Below, in pieces: positions 43,028 through 55,795 of a stretch of DNA of 64,000 nt. Both the position numbers and the translations under genes were made by a program. The notes beneath the pieces were generated by a model. That model ran no database searches and had not been told where the DNA came from. It saw only the letters and a program-made list of their open reading frames with translations. Location: positions 35,836,001 through 35,900,000 of the forward strand of contig OX597838.1 of assembly GCA_951406725.2 (NCBI GenBank), read 5' to 3'. Numbering within the stretch: position 1 is the stretch's first letter; each line of letters starts with the position of its first letter. The DNA is from Octopus vulgaris (Eukaryota).

Positions 43028-43270
43028 TCATCATCATCATCATCGTTTAGCGTCAGTTTTCCATGCTAGCATGGGTTGGACGGTTCTACTGGGGTCTGTG
43101 GAGCCAGAAGGCTTCATCAGGCCCAGTCAAAATCTGGCAGTGTTTCTACGGCTGGATGCCCTTCCTAACGCCAACCACTCCGTGAGTGTAGTGGGTGCTT
43201 TTTACATGCCACCCGCACAGGTGCCAGACAGAGCTGGCAAACGGCCACGAACGGATGGTGCTTTTTATGT
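43028..43270 (-). mobile_element. Retroposon family E
   Basis: (cat)n 'cgtttagcgtc..ccatgctagcatgggttggacg..ggctggatgcccttcctaacgccaaccactcc'. Confidence 0.85.
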
Positions 43271-43387
43271 AATAAAAAATAAGGGTGGAAAGTTGGATAT
43301 CAATTTAATAATACCATCAATTTAACACCAAGTGGCTTAGCGCATAAAAAACCAGGGATACAATAAAAATTTATATACACATATATA

Positions 43388-43472
43388 AGAGAGTGACCAC
43401 TATATGGTCGACTCTGGCGCTAAAAATAGATCCGCTATGGTATTTGCCACTGTGCCACAGTGGTCACTCTCT
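43388..43472. mobile_element. 85-bp MITE-like element in a TA tract
   Basis: Perfect 14-bp TIR AGAGAGTGACCACT / AGTGGTCACTCTCT, flanked by TATATA. Confidence 0.75.
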
Positions 43473-43478
43473 TATATA

Positions 43479-43530
<52 letters not shown>

Positions 43531-43723
43531 TATACACACATGCACACACTACCTTTGTTTCAATTAATTTGGAAAATATTGAATTTGACTGTGACAAGTC
43601 CTAGAAATAAAATAATGTCGTTGATATTAGAAAGGCTTCCAGTTCCAGCACCAAGAAATGTTGACCAAAATGGAACACTGTGTTTTGTAACAGCAGTGAA
43701 TGCATCATTCTGCTACAGGAATT

Positions 43724-43770
<47 letters not shown>

Positions 43771-44407
43771 CACACACACGTTTGTGTAAATGCTAGTGAA
43801 TCTGCATATACAGATGAGTATATGCGTATGGAGAGTGTGTGGACATGTGAGTCCTTACAAGGGCATATATGTAAAATGAATGTACAGGTTTGGCATAACA
43901 CTTCAGCCAGTACGTGCCTTCACTACGAAACCAAGCTGGAAATTGATGAGTTACTGTTCTCTTGGGAGCAATATGCTGCATAGCATGTTGCGTTGGTTGC
44001 AGACAGCGTACGTCTAGTGATCTGTAGTTCAAGTTTGTAGCATGAACCATATTTAAATTCTGGAATGTTGAAAGGGCTAGTAGGCTGCAGATTCTGTCTG
44101 GTTGTTAGGCTATGTGAAAATAATTGGCTGAAAGGGCTCCGACTGTAAAAGCTGCCTGTGTTCTCTTAGGCTGTCAGATTGTTAATAATGTTAGGTGTTC
44201 CTCTCTTGATAGGGCAGCATAGTAATTGCTGGCTGATTGATAATTTAATTGATTAGTTCAGCTGTTGAATAAATTAAGATGTGTGGGTTCATATCACTAG
44301 TGTACTACAAGCAACGGGTCAAGTTTTTTCTGTTGAAAATCTATAACAATCTCTGATGTGAATGTAAACAAACATGCAGACATATCTATGCACACACATG
44401 CATATGG

Positions 44408-44444
<37 letters not shown>

Positions 44445-44726
44445 CGAGTTATTTACCTCTGTTGGCAACCAAAGGTGTCTCTTTCCGAGTGAAAGGAAAA
44501 TTTTATGATGGATGTATATGAACAGCGATGCTACATGGTAGAGAGATGTGGGCCCTGAATGCAGAGGTTATGTGAAAGCTAGAGAAGAATGATACGTGTA
44601 TGCTCTGCTAGTTGTGCAATGTCAGTGTACATGTGTGACCGGGTGCTAGAGTATTGAGAGAAAAGTTAGACATAAGAAGAATTAGATGCAGTTTGCAAGA
44701 GAGAAGACCACACTGGTTTGGTCATG
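44445..44726 (+). mobile_element. Decayed RTE LINE fragment
   Basis: LLATKGVSFRVKGKFYDGC..TAMLHGREMWAL..LREKLDIRRIRCSLQERRPHWFGH. Confidence 0.8.
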
Positions 44727-45103
44727 GAAGACATTTGTAGTATTTGATATGGATTCAGAAAGATGTGTGGTTCTCATAGAAAGCTCCTCTAATGGAGTTG
44801 GCTATCAGACCACATAGTAATCCAATGTAAAATTTCTATGCAGCTGAAATCCAGAAGGTCTGATCAATGGAATTACTTCATGAGGAGTATATAAACTATA
44901 AAATGCCAGGAAGTGAGAATGTTGTAACTTGGTGTGAATGTGTGACAGGGTTCAAGGTCAGTCTGTGCCAAACAACTTCACTCTGTATATTTAGTCTGTT
45001 ACCAAAGCAACATTCCTGATACTTCTTGATCAACCTTCTTATGTATGTATATATAACCCATGCCAGCATTGAAAATGGATGTTAAATGGTGATGTGGATA
45101 CAT

Positions 45104-45211
45104 AGCTCCTACACGCATTTTTTTCTCTCCTTGTTTCTCTCCTTGTTTTTTTTCTGTGTATCTTTCTGTCGAAGAGCATAGGCTCGAAACGTAAAAGACT
45201 TGTTTTATTTC
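45104..45211 (+). repeat. Direct repeat 1 with variant hammerhead-like motif (45161-45198)
   Basis: Near-identical to 45878-45975; ucuuu-CUGUCGAA-GAGC auag GCUC-GAAA-CG-UA-aaaga. Confidence 0.75.
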
Positions 45212-45877
45212 ATCATCATCACCTTCATCATCATAACTGTTTGCATCATCCTTGTAACCACCACCATCATTTTCATTATCATCACCTTCATTATCATTGT
45301 CATCATCATTGTCATCATTTTCATCGTCATCACCTTCATCATTTTCATCATCATCACCACCACCATCACAACCGTCATCATTTTCATCATCATCACCTTC
45401 ATCATCATAACTGTTTACATCACCCTTGTAACCACCACCATCATTTTCATTATCATCACCTTCATCATCGTCGTCATCATCATCACTTGTTACAGCTTAA
45501 TTCAGGTGCCTTCGAGAACATCTTTGACTCCTCCTCCTCCCCACCTTTACCCCATATTAATTGGCTGATGTTATCAGTTTTATTATTTCGTTGTTTTGTT
45601 TTCACAAGCAAGGTTCGGAGTCATAGTGTGTGTGTGTGTGTGTGTGCATGTGCATGGGGCTAAATACTCTCTCCCACCACGACCTCCCACCCCATTATCA
45701 TATTTACCAATTTGTTTGCTTCTCTAAATGGATTAGCGATGATTTACTTCCGTTCAAGTATCTTTTCTTCCCCCGTTCATCTTTCCTCTCCTCCAAGCTG
45801 TACCAGTGACTTCTTACATTGGCATCACCAAAAACATTGAAAAGTACATCTTCGTTTGCACACCCATGATAGATCAT

Positions 45878-45975
45878 TAGCTCCTACACGCATTTTTTTT
45901 TCTCTCCTTGTTTCTTTTCTGTGTATCTTTCTGTCGAAGAGCGTAAGCTCGAAACGTAAAAGACTTGTTCTATTT
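45878..45975 (+). repeat. Direct repeat 2 with variant hammerhead-like motif (45926-45963)
   Basis: ucuuu-CUGUCGAA-GAGC guaa GCUC-GAAA-CG-UA-aaaga; non-repetitive sequence continues to 46060, where (TA)n begins. Confidence 0.75.
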
Positions 45976-46059
45976 CTATTCCTGAGCGCCATACTAATAC
46001 ATTTGTTTGTTTGTACTCCACCTGCCTTCGTCTTTTGTTTATTTTCATAAACCTTTCCG

Positions 46060-46445
<386 letters not shown>

Positions 46446-46647
46446 TGTGTGCACCTGTGCATATGTAGATGTATTTTCTATATTAGGGTGAGTGTCCCCA
46501 TTTTTTCCTTTTAACTCTCCCTGATTGGCGACGTTAAGAAGTCGATATTACGTCACTAATTCTTCTTATCTCTTCTCCTGCTGCTTTTCTTTTCTTTTCT
46601 TTCTTTCTTTCTTTCTTTATTTACTCTTATTGTTTGCTGCTGTTGTC

Positions 46648-46682
<35 letters not shown>

Positions 46683-47504
46683 ATTTTTTTTTTGTTTTGA
46701 GAAAAAAAAATGTCCTTATATTGTCAATGTTGTAATCGGGAGGAAAAATTTCTCAGAAGGAAACATGATGAGAAATGCAGAACCGTTACACCTGCTACTC
46801 TGAGATAAGATTTACTGTTTTACGAAATAAATCCTTTCCCTCCATGCCCTTCAAAGAAAGGAAAAAGTAAGAAAAAAAAAACAAAAAGAAAGAAAGAAAA
46901 AATGTAGTAAAGATATATCAACACTGTCATTCTTGTTGTTGTTGTTGTTGTAAGGTTTAGTATGTGTTCAGGTGAAGGTGGCGCTGTTGCATATAGGAGC
47001 TTAGCGCTTTCTCCTTTCTTTCCTTCTCTGTCCGTATCTGTATGCTAGAGGCACCTTCCATTGTCATTGCCTTGTTTGACATATTTGGAAGCTGGTGAAG
47101 GAAGGGAGAGAAAATTTCTAAAACATCCAAAGATCGCTTTACAGCCATGTGGTTTCAGGTTCAATTCCAATGCCCGGCCTCTTGAGCTAGCATCTTCTGC
47201 TTTAGCTTCTCCTTTACTCTGACTGACCAATGCCTGCTAAATGAAATTGGTAGACTGTAACTGAGTGGAATTCTTCATTTCAAGACAATTTCTCTAGGTG
47301 CGACTCGGTGGAATTGAACCCCAAACCACACAGTTTGGACACAATCTTCACTGTACAGCAATGCATGTGCCTAGTTGCCTAGCTTGACTGTGGCATGTAT
47401 ATATATATGCATGTGTGTGTTTGTGTGTCTGTGTTTGTCCCCCTAGCATTGCTTGACAACCGATGCTGGTGTGTTTATGTTCCCGTTACTTAGTGGTTCG
47501 GCAA

Positions 47505-47710
47505 CTGAAATGGCAGCAACTCATGACAAATGAATGCCTTTGTGGAGGCCTGCCTAAAGTTAGTGAGAAGATCAGGCAAAGACAGCTGTGATTATCTGGT
47601 CACTGTGTGTGCCACCCTGAACTGGAAAGCATCCAAAGTAGTCCTGTGGAACCCACATCATAGAGATGTAAGAAAAGCAAAACATTGTCACATTTACCAT
47701 AGACAGCTTG
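47505..47710 (+). mobile_element. Decayed RTE LINE 3' fragment joined to a SINE A middle piece (47395-47504)
   Basis: MTNECLCGGLPKVSEKIRQRQL*LSGHCVCHPELE then, after a frameshift, ASKVVLWNP; aligns by eye with the RTE C-terminus at 22680-23027. Confidence 0.7.
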
Positions 47711-47818
47711 ATTGTGGATACTAGTTTGTATTGTGTGTAATTATGCATATCATCATCATCATCATTCTTTAATGTTCATTTTCACATACTTTCACATACT
47801 TTCACATACTTTCACATA

Positions 47819-48227
47819 GGCGCAGGAGTGGCTGTGTGGTAAGTAGCTTGTTTACCAACCACATGGTTCCGAGTTCAGTCCCACTGCGTGGCACCCTGGG
47901 CAAGTGTCTTCTGCTATAGCCTCGGGCCGACCAAAGCCTTGTGAGTGGATTTGGTAGACGGAAACTGAAAGAAATCCGTCGTATATATGTATATATATAT
48001 GTATATATGTATGCGTGTGTGTGTTTGTGTGTCTGTGTTTGTACCCCTAGCATTGCTTGACAACTGATGCTGGTGTGTTTATGTCCCCGTTACTTAGCGG
48101 TTCGGCAAAAGAGTCCGATAGAATAAGTACTGGGCTTACAAAAGAATAAGTCCCGGGGTCGAGTTGCTCGATTAAAGGTGGTGCTCCAGCATGGCTGCAG
48201 TCAAATGACTGAAACAAGTAAAGAGTA
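47819..48227 (+). mobile_element. SINE family A, full length
   Basis: Complete unit, preceded by a short (tttcacatac)n tandem. Confidence 0.93.
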
Positions 48228-48526
48228 TACTTGTATCAGCCAGATGGAATTTGCTGATGCAACTTATTGTCAACTCTCATCCTTTTCCAAGCAAACTGAT
48301 ATTTCCCCATCACTATACATATTTTCTTCAGAGGACTGGAAACAGGCAACATTGTGTTCTTGAGCAAGACACTTAACTTCACATTGTTCCAGTCCTCCTT
48401 TCAATCTGCAGGGAATGTTGGCTTCCTCACCTATCCAGTGGGTTGGTGTCATTCGAAGGCTAAAACAATGAAAAAGCACATTGTGACCAGAGATGTGTGA
48501 CAGCTTGGTCAGTCACATGGTCACAT

Positions 48527-48573
<47 letters not shown>

Positions 48574-48585
48574 GTGTGTGTGTGT

Positions 48586-48834
48586 GTAATACTTTATAAT
48601 TAGGGTTCAGCAAAGATTTGCTTTACCACATACCGAAGTTTAGAAATAGCAGTCAAAAAAACCTTAGCTATTTCTTCTACTTTAAAAAGGGACTCCCAGA
48701 AATGGGAATATTTTGGTTTTTCTGGGTGTCCCTTTTTAAAGTAGAAGAAATAGCTAAGGTTTTTTGACTGCTCTTTCTAAACTTCGGTATGTGGTAAAGC
48801 AAATCTTTGCTGAACCCAAATTATAAAGTATTAC
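48586..48834. repeat. Near-perfect ~116-bp fold-back
   Basis: Arms 48586-48702 and 48719-48834, about 4 differences, 16-nt loop; related by eye to the single copy at about 31230-31330. Confidence 0.95.
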
Positions 48835-48963
48835 TTAAGCTTACCGTGAAATGGTCTTTTTTCATGCCGAATTCTACTTGGTGAAATTATTGATTACTTC
48901 TTAATTAATTAATTATATATATTATTATATATATATGTATGTATATGATGGGCTTCTTTCAGT

Positions 48964-49197
48964 TTCTTATTTCTTTATTGCCCTCAAGGGGCTAAACACT
49001 GAGGTGACAAGCAAGGACAGACAAGGGGATTAAGTCGATTACATCAACCCCAGTGCGTAACTGGTACTTAATTTATCGACTCCGAAAGGATGAAAGGCAA
49101 AGTTTACCTTGGCGGAATTTGAACTCAACATAACGGCAGACGAAATACCAGTAAGCACTTTCCCCAGTGTGCTAACGTTTCTGCCAGATCACTGCCC
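48964..49197 (-). mobile_element. SINE family B
   Basis: Reverse complement of the B unit. Confidence 0.88.
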
Positions 49198-49684
49198 TCG
49201 GCTTCTGTCAATCAGATACACTTGCAAGACTTTTGGCCGACTCAAGGCTATACGAGAAGGCAATTGGTCAAGGTGCTGGACAGTGAAATTGAACACAAGG
49301 CCATACATTAGGTAGCAAGCTTCCCAACAGCAGACACACACACACACACATACATACATGTGCATGCATACATGTACTCATATAACGACAGAGGCGGGAA
49401 ATTACATTCGCAATGATGTATCAGTTCTCTTGTCGAGATGATGGAATATAAAAAAATATTAAAAAAAACAGAAAGAAACAACAAAAAAACAGAACTGTGC
49501 AAATTTACTTTGTACTAATTAGCTTTGTTTTTTATTGCCAAATTCTGATTCAATCCAACATGTAATTTCTACGTCGTTAAATATTAGATGTTCCTCAGCC
49601 AGTGGTCTTGGCCAGATACAGTATTCTTAATTTTTGTGAAATTAACTGTATTTATTAATTTAATTTTTTTATATTTCATTTATT

Positions 49685-49806
49685 GTGTGTGTCCATGTGT
49701 GTGTATATATATGTATATATATATGTATATATATATATATAAATATATATGTATATAAATATATATATATGTATATATATATATATGTATATATGTATAT
49801 ATATGT

Positions 49807-49846
<40 letters not shown>

Positions 49847-50579
49847 GTATATATATATATGTATATATATGTATGTATATATATATATGTATATATATGT
49901 ATGTATGTATATATATATATGTATATATATGTATGTATATATATATATATATGTACATATATATGTATATATATATATGTATGTGTGTATATATATATGC
50001 ATATATATATATGTATGTATATATGTATATATATATGTATGTATGTATATATATATGCATATATATGTATGTATATATGTATGTGTATATATATATATAT
50101 GTATATATATGTGTATATATATATGTATATATATATATATATATATATTGGATGTTATTATATTTTGCCAAATGACACATTGATTCAATATTTCTATTTG
50201 ACTTGTTCCATTTGGTTCCATCTAAAGCACTCACTGATTCAGAAATCTGATGTTTATGGATGTTATACATACATGTGCACATGCATGTATATGAGCGGTC
50301 GTGTTTGCATATATATATATATATATATATATGTTCAGACATATATATGAACACATATATATATAACCATATATTTATATACATACCTGTATATATCAGC
50401 ATGTACAAAAAAATCGTTATATACATTTATCTGTATATGTACGTATGTTTAAATGTATATGTCTGTGCATATATGCCTTTTGCATGTACCATCATCATAT
50501 CGTGTGTGTGTATATATATATATATATGAATATATACACACATATATACATATATATATATATGAATATATATGGATAT

Positions 50580-50629
<50 letters not shown>

Positions 50630-50720
50630 TTGTGTATGTGTGTGTGTGTGTGTGTGTTTTCATGCACTTATATATGCATTTATATATATATATATATACA
50701 TGTGTGTATAAACATTTGTG

Positions 50721-50773
<53 letters not shown>

Positions 50774-51401
50774 TCATTCATGTGTATATACATGTATGTA
50801 TATATATATGTAAATGCATACATATGTGTATGTGTGTGTATACATGCTTTCGTAGGTGTATATATGTATACTTATTTGCTTGTATGCATCTTTTTGTCTT
50901 CTTGTTTGTCTATCAACACATTTACCGTTGTCAGCTTAACAACAGGAAATTAAACTGAAACCTTTGTGTGCACATGCGTATTCTTATGTGTACGCGTGCA
51001 TCACGTGCATGTGTGCGCACCGGTTAGTATATGCATCTGTGAATACGTAATGTAACTAGTAGTGGTAGTAATGGTGGTTGGCTGGCTGGACGGCTGGCTG
51101 GGGGGGGGTTGTCTGATTGCTGTAGCAGTAGTAGTAGTAGTAGTAGTAGTAGTGGCAGTAAATGTTTGAGACAATGTGTAATGTTTGCAGGCCTTGCAAG
51201 AACACCGATGTATATCAGACTTCTGAGAGGCAGTTGTCAATTCACATCGTCTGCATTTCCACTGAAGTCTCCTCCTCCCCTCCGTCTCTTTAAACATATA
51301 TATATATATATGTGTGTGTGTGTCTGTGTGTGTATAAATATATATATGCGTGTGTATAAATGCATGCATATATATATATATATATATATGCATGCATTCA
51401 T

Positions 51402-51433
<32 letters not shown>

Positions 51434-51580
51434 GTGTATATATATATGTATATAAATTTATATATGTATACATACTTACATACATACATATATATGTGTG
51501 TGTGTGTGTATATATATATATATTTGTATGTATGTATATATATATATATATTTGTATGTATGTATATATATATATATTTG

Positions 51581-51611
<31 letters not shown>

Positions 51612-51647
51612 GCATGTATACACGTACATGCATATATATATATATAT
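49685..51647. repeat. (TATG)n/(TA)n/(TG)n low-complexity field with short unique islands
   Basis: Direct inspection. Confidence 0.9.
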
Positions 51648-51960
51648 GAAATCATTTTATATCCACTTTTTCCTGCTGGCCTCAGCTGAATGGCTTGAGT
51701 CGGTTTTATTCAGAGTTACTGCTGTCTTCAATGGTTTGGAGAGGTATATATATCATTGTTATCATCGTTTAGCATTCACTTTTCCATGCTGTCATGGGTC
51801 AGACGGAATTTGTTGAAGCAGATTTTCTACGGCATTTCGCCAATCCTTGTTCGTTTCCATGCAAGGTAATATTTGTCTATGACCAAACATGTTTTTTTTA
51901 TACAAAGGATTATGAACAACCAATCTTACCTGTATGATGATGATGCTCATGCACAACCAT

Positions 51961-52367
51961 ACTCTCTCTACTCTTTTACTTGTTTCAGTCAGTTGACTGT
52001 GGCCATGCTGGAGCACCGCCTTTAGTCGAGCAACTCGACCCCGGGACTTATTCTTTGTAAGCCCAGTACTTATTCTATCGGTCTCTTTTGCCGAACTGCT
52101 AAGTGACAGGGACATAAACACACCAGCATCAGTTGTCAAGCAATGCTAGGGGGACAAACACAGACACACAAACACACACACACACATATATACATATACA
52201 TATATACGACAGGCTTCTTTCAGTTTCCGTCTACCAAATCCACTCACAAGTCTTTGGTCGGCCCGAGGCTATAGCAGAAGACACTTACCCAAGATGCCAT
52301 GCAGTCGGACTGAACCCGGAACCATGTGGTTGGTAAGCAAGCTACTTACCACACAGCCACTCCTGTG
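51961..52367 (-). mobile_element. SINE family A, full length
   Basis: Reverse complement of the complete unit. Confidence 0.93.
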
Positions 52368-52684
52368 CTTATGTAATGTTTTGACAAGGGTATGTGCAGA
52401 CAAAGACATGCACAGAATCGAACATGTACATAAGTATGTGTATATATCCAATGAGCTTCGTTCAGTTTCTGAATATGAAATCCTCTTGCAGGGTTTTGTT
52501 GATCCTGGGGCTATAGTTGAAGACATTTGCCCAAGGTGGATTGTGTGGTTTAAGAAGTTTGTATGAGAACCACATGCTTTTGAGTTTGGTTCCACCATTG
52601 TATGACACCTTGGACAAGTTTCTTTTAATACTTTGGGTGATGATATTTGGTAGATAGAAACTACACAAAAGCCCAGTATATATA

Positions 52685-52975
52685 TCTATATATATAAATG
52701 AGAAGTTGTGTGGTGTTTGTCTCCTATGATTTGGATTCCTAACTACTCCCACATTTTGTGGAAAGTTTAACCAAAAGTGGGTATCTTATAGTCGTGATTC
52801 ATATCGAGCCCTTCTGGGTATTAGCACACGTCTACGATAAGTCTACGATTTAGAAAAAAATTTACCATCATTTTTTTCCACTTTTAATGCATTTTTTTTG
52901 CTATTATAACTCTCTAAAAATGCTTATATAGTTATTTCCCTTACAAACCCGAGCAACGCCAGGCGATACTGATAG
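52685..52975 (+). mobile_element. Non-autonomous Helitron-type element, copy 1 (3' end mutated)
   Basis: A|TC start; 3' hairpin cccgagcaacgccaggc followed by ATAG|T instead of CTAG|T; homologous to 55493-55795. Confidence 0.8.
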
Positions 52976-52982
52976 TATGTAT

Positions 52983-54450
52983 ATGATGCTCTATTCTTCC
53001 TGGACAGAAGTAGCAAAGTACAATTGGAAAGACATAAGGAACAATTCTTTAGACCTTTTAAGATCTTCGGACTTGACATTACTATAAAAAAAGATTACCG
53101 TTGAGTAATTTCCTTGACACTACATTCTGTCTTGATACTGGATGATTCGAACCCTTTCATAAACTAGCTGATAATATTAAGTATATAAATGTAGCATCCA
53201 ACCATCCCCCCTCAATAATACGGGGATTAGCATGGAATATTCCAATAAGAATATCTAGGTTATCTGCTAATAAAGAAATTTTTGAATCACATGCACCATA
53301 TTACAATACTGCTTTAGCTAGGGCCAGCTACCGAGAGAAAATTCAATACATGCAAGACACAGGTATACACAGCTCTGTCAATTCCTCCACTAATATTACA
53401 CATTACACACCAACGCAATTTTACAGTAAGCAAACAAAACTGAGATGGAAAATACAGGCCAAAAAGAATTGGTCAAGGCAAAAAACTATGAACCGAAGCT
53501 CATAGATACGCACAATGCAATAATACTGCTGCCCATAACACAATAAATTGTCCTAACCCTGTACAACACACCAGAACAAATAAGCCAAAGGACAAATATA
53601 AGAACCGTGACGTCCTCTGGTAAAGCCTAAACCATGGTTCACATGTTTCAATGAAGATTGCTTGGGAATTTTTTGCCACTTTAGACAAATGTTTTCTGAA
53701 ATCAAATAGACACCATGCAATTTTTAATTGACAGACAGTGAAGATATCAAATGCTAAGCCTGTTAGTTTAGAGCAGCATTTGCACTGCATTGATAACAGT
53801 AAAATAGACCAACTATTCAATAAGCCACCTACTGGAACTATGACTGATGATGTGCCAACTACTTCCAGCTTGATAAACAGAAAAGACAGCAAACATATAC
53901 ATCAAAGTAGATAGGAAAGATCTATAAATCAGAATGGAAAACACCCGCTGTGGACAGTAGCAATAATAGTGATATAGCCAACATAGTAACAACATTGGAA
54001 AATGAAGCCAGAACTGCCACATATACAACTAAATCTGATAAATGCACATACAGCAAAAAATCAAAATGCCCATTGATGAACCTCTGTATGAGTATGAATC
54101 TTGTATATAGATGTACTATACACATAAGGGGAGGACTGTACATTTACATCAGGGCAATGGTTGATTCATTCAAGAATCATTATAGCAACCATGTCATCAC
54201 CTTCAAGAAAATCAACAAGAAGTTTTCAGCATCTTTGACTGATTTTGCGTGGCGACTTAAGGAAAATAAAATAAAATGTAATCTAATTTGGTCCATAACG
54301 AGGCACACACAACCATATAATATCCTTTCCAGGAGATGCAGACTCTGCTCCAAGGAATCCCTGTCTATTTTGTTGACTAATGAGAAGGTCATTAACAGAA
54401 TTTCTGAAAGACTCTCAAGATGCTTACATACTTACAAATGTACCTTCACG
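52983..54450 (+). pseudogene. PLE reverse transcriptase/GIY-YIG endonuclease pseudogene
   Basis: FGLDITI; NFLDTTFCLDTG*FEPFHK..KYINVASNHPPSII..RISRLSAN..F..AP.YNTAL; NRDVLW..LDKCF..AIFN*QTVKIS; CPLMNLC..LVYRC..YIYI..FKNHYSNH..W.LK..CRLC..E..N..SE....CLH (ORF 53950-54579). Confidence 0.88.
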
Positions 54451-54498
54451 CAGTGCAGTGGGAATAAAATTGAACAACTGTTAACCAAATTAATAATC

Positions 54499-54816
54499 AT
54501 GTGGCATGTAAAAAGCACCGTCCGAATTGTGGCCGAAGCCAGCACCGCCTCGACTGGCTTCCATGCCGGTGGCATGTAAAAATGCACCAATCTGACCGTG
54601 GCCGTTGCCAGCCTCGCCTGGCACCTGTGCGGGTGGCACGTAAAAAGCACCCACTACACTCACGGAGTGGTTGGCGTTAGGAAGGGCATCCAGCTGTAGA
54701 AACATTGCCAGAAAAGATTGGAGCCTGGTGCAGCCTTCTGGCTTCCCAGATCCCTGGTCGAACCGTCCAACCCATGCTAGCATGGAGAACGGACGTTAAA
54801 CGACGATGATGATGAT
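54499..54816 (+). mobile_element. Retroposon family E inserted in the PLE 3' region
   Basis: Repeated 'ggtggca.gtaaaaagcacc' modules, 'ggcgttaggaagggcatccagctgtagaaa', (GAT)n tail. Confidence 0.88.
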
Positions 54817-55185
54817 GTATGCATAAATTAAATTTAACCCTAGCCTCCCCATTCTTATAAACACTCAAGTAGCTATCTAATACACCATGTGAGCATATGT
54901 GCACCAAACCATGCATGTGTGTATGCTTATATCTTTGTGGATGTGTGTACGAGCGACTGTGCATGCTCCACACAACCTAAGCGAAGACGTTTATACATCC
55001 ATATCTGTTAACGGTTATATTTAATACTCTTTCTGTTGAATTGTACATTCGTTACTTCTTGCATCTGTTATTTATTATTGACCTTATATAAAAAGGAAGT
55101 TGTATCCTTTAATTTGCTGCATTTCTATACACAAACAGAGAAGATATCCTGTGGAACAGTAGTTATTTTAATGAGATATATCTTG

Positions 55186-55284
55186 TAATCACCTGAAGAG
55201 ACACATCTACACCAACTGACATTTCTAGACAAGTTGTTGAGTATCCCACCCATGGTGGATGGTTCGAAACAATAGTAGTGATTA
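55186..55284 (+). ncRNA. Type-I hammerhead ribozyme motif of the PLE
   Basis: uaaucac-CUGAAGA-gacacaucuac...guggaugguuc-GAAA-CAAUAG-UA^gugauua; 7-bp stem I. Confidence 0.82.
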
Positions 55285-55492
55285 ATAAACATTCTCGTAT
55301 CTTCCACCTTCCTCATTAATCAAAAACCCAACGATCACTGAGCCAGTGAACATGCAGCAATGTATAACAACATGTAATTGTCTGGTCAATGACATGATGT
55401 GTGTGTGTGTGTGTGTGTGCACTTCCGAATATTTTATATATTTATGTGTGTATAAATGTGCTTCTACCAAGTGTATACCATATGTTTTATTA

Positions 55493-55795
55493 TCTAATCT
55501 TTATATTTAAAAGTGAAGTTGTGTGTTGTCTGTCTCCTACGATTTAGATTCCTAACTACTCCCACATTTTGCGGTGCAGTTTAACCAAAAGCGGGTATCT
55601 TATAGTCGTGATTCATATCAAGCCCTTCTGGGTATTAGCGCACGTATACGATGAGTTTACAATTTAAAAAAAAAATTACCATTTTCCCCCATTTTTAATG
55701 CATTTTTTGCTATTATATAAGGGAAGTAACTCTCTAAAAATGCTTATATAGTTATTTCCCTTACAAACCCGAGCAACGCTGGGCGATACTGCTAG
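55493..55795 (+). mobile_element. Non-autonomous Helitron-type element, copy 2
   Basis: A|TC ... subterminal hairpin cccgagcaacgctgggc ... CTAG|T; no TSD. Confidence 0.85.

Larger units (their letters stand above)
52980..55330 (+). mobile_element. 5'-truncated Penelope-like element (Naiad-like), with 3' region carrying a hammerhead
   Basis: RT C-terminus and thumb, linker and GIY-YIG remnants, followed by a hammerhead motif at 55186-55284; interrupted by a family E copy. Confidence 0.85.

Noticed and set aside
49556-49604. Hammerhead on the minus strand (CUGAGGA...GAAA)
   Set aside because: No stem I partner and no valid stem III or cleavage triplet.
53143-53145. In-frame TGA in the Naiad-like RT as selenocysteine (some Naiads encode Sec)
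   Set aside because: This copy has other stops and frameshifts and I see no SECIS; decay is simpler. Would need the family consensus and a SECIS search.
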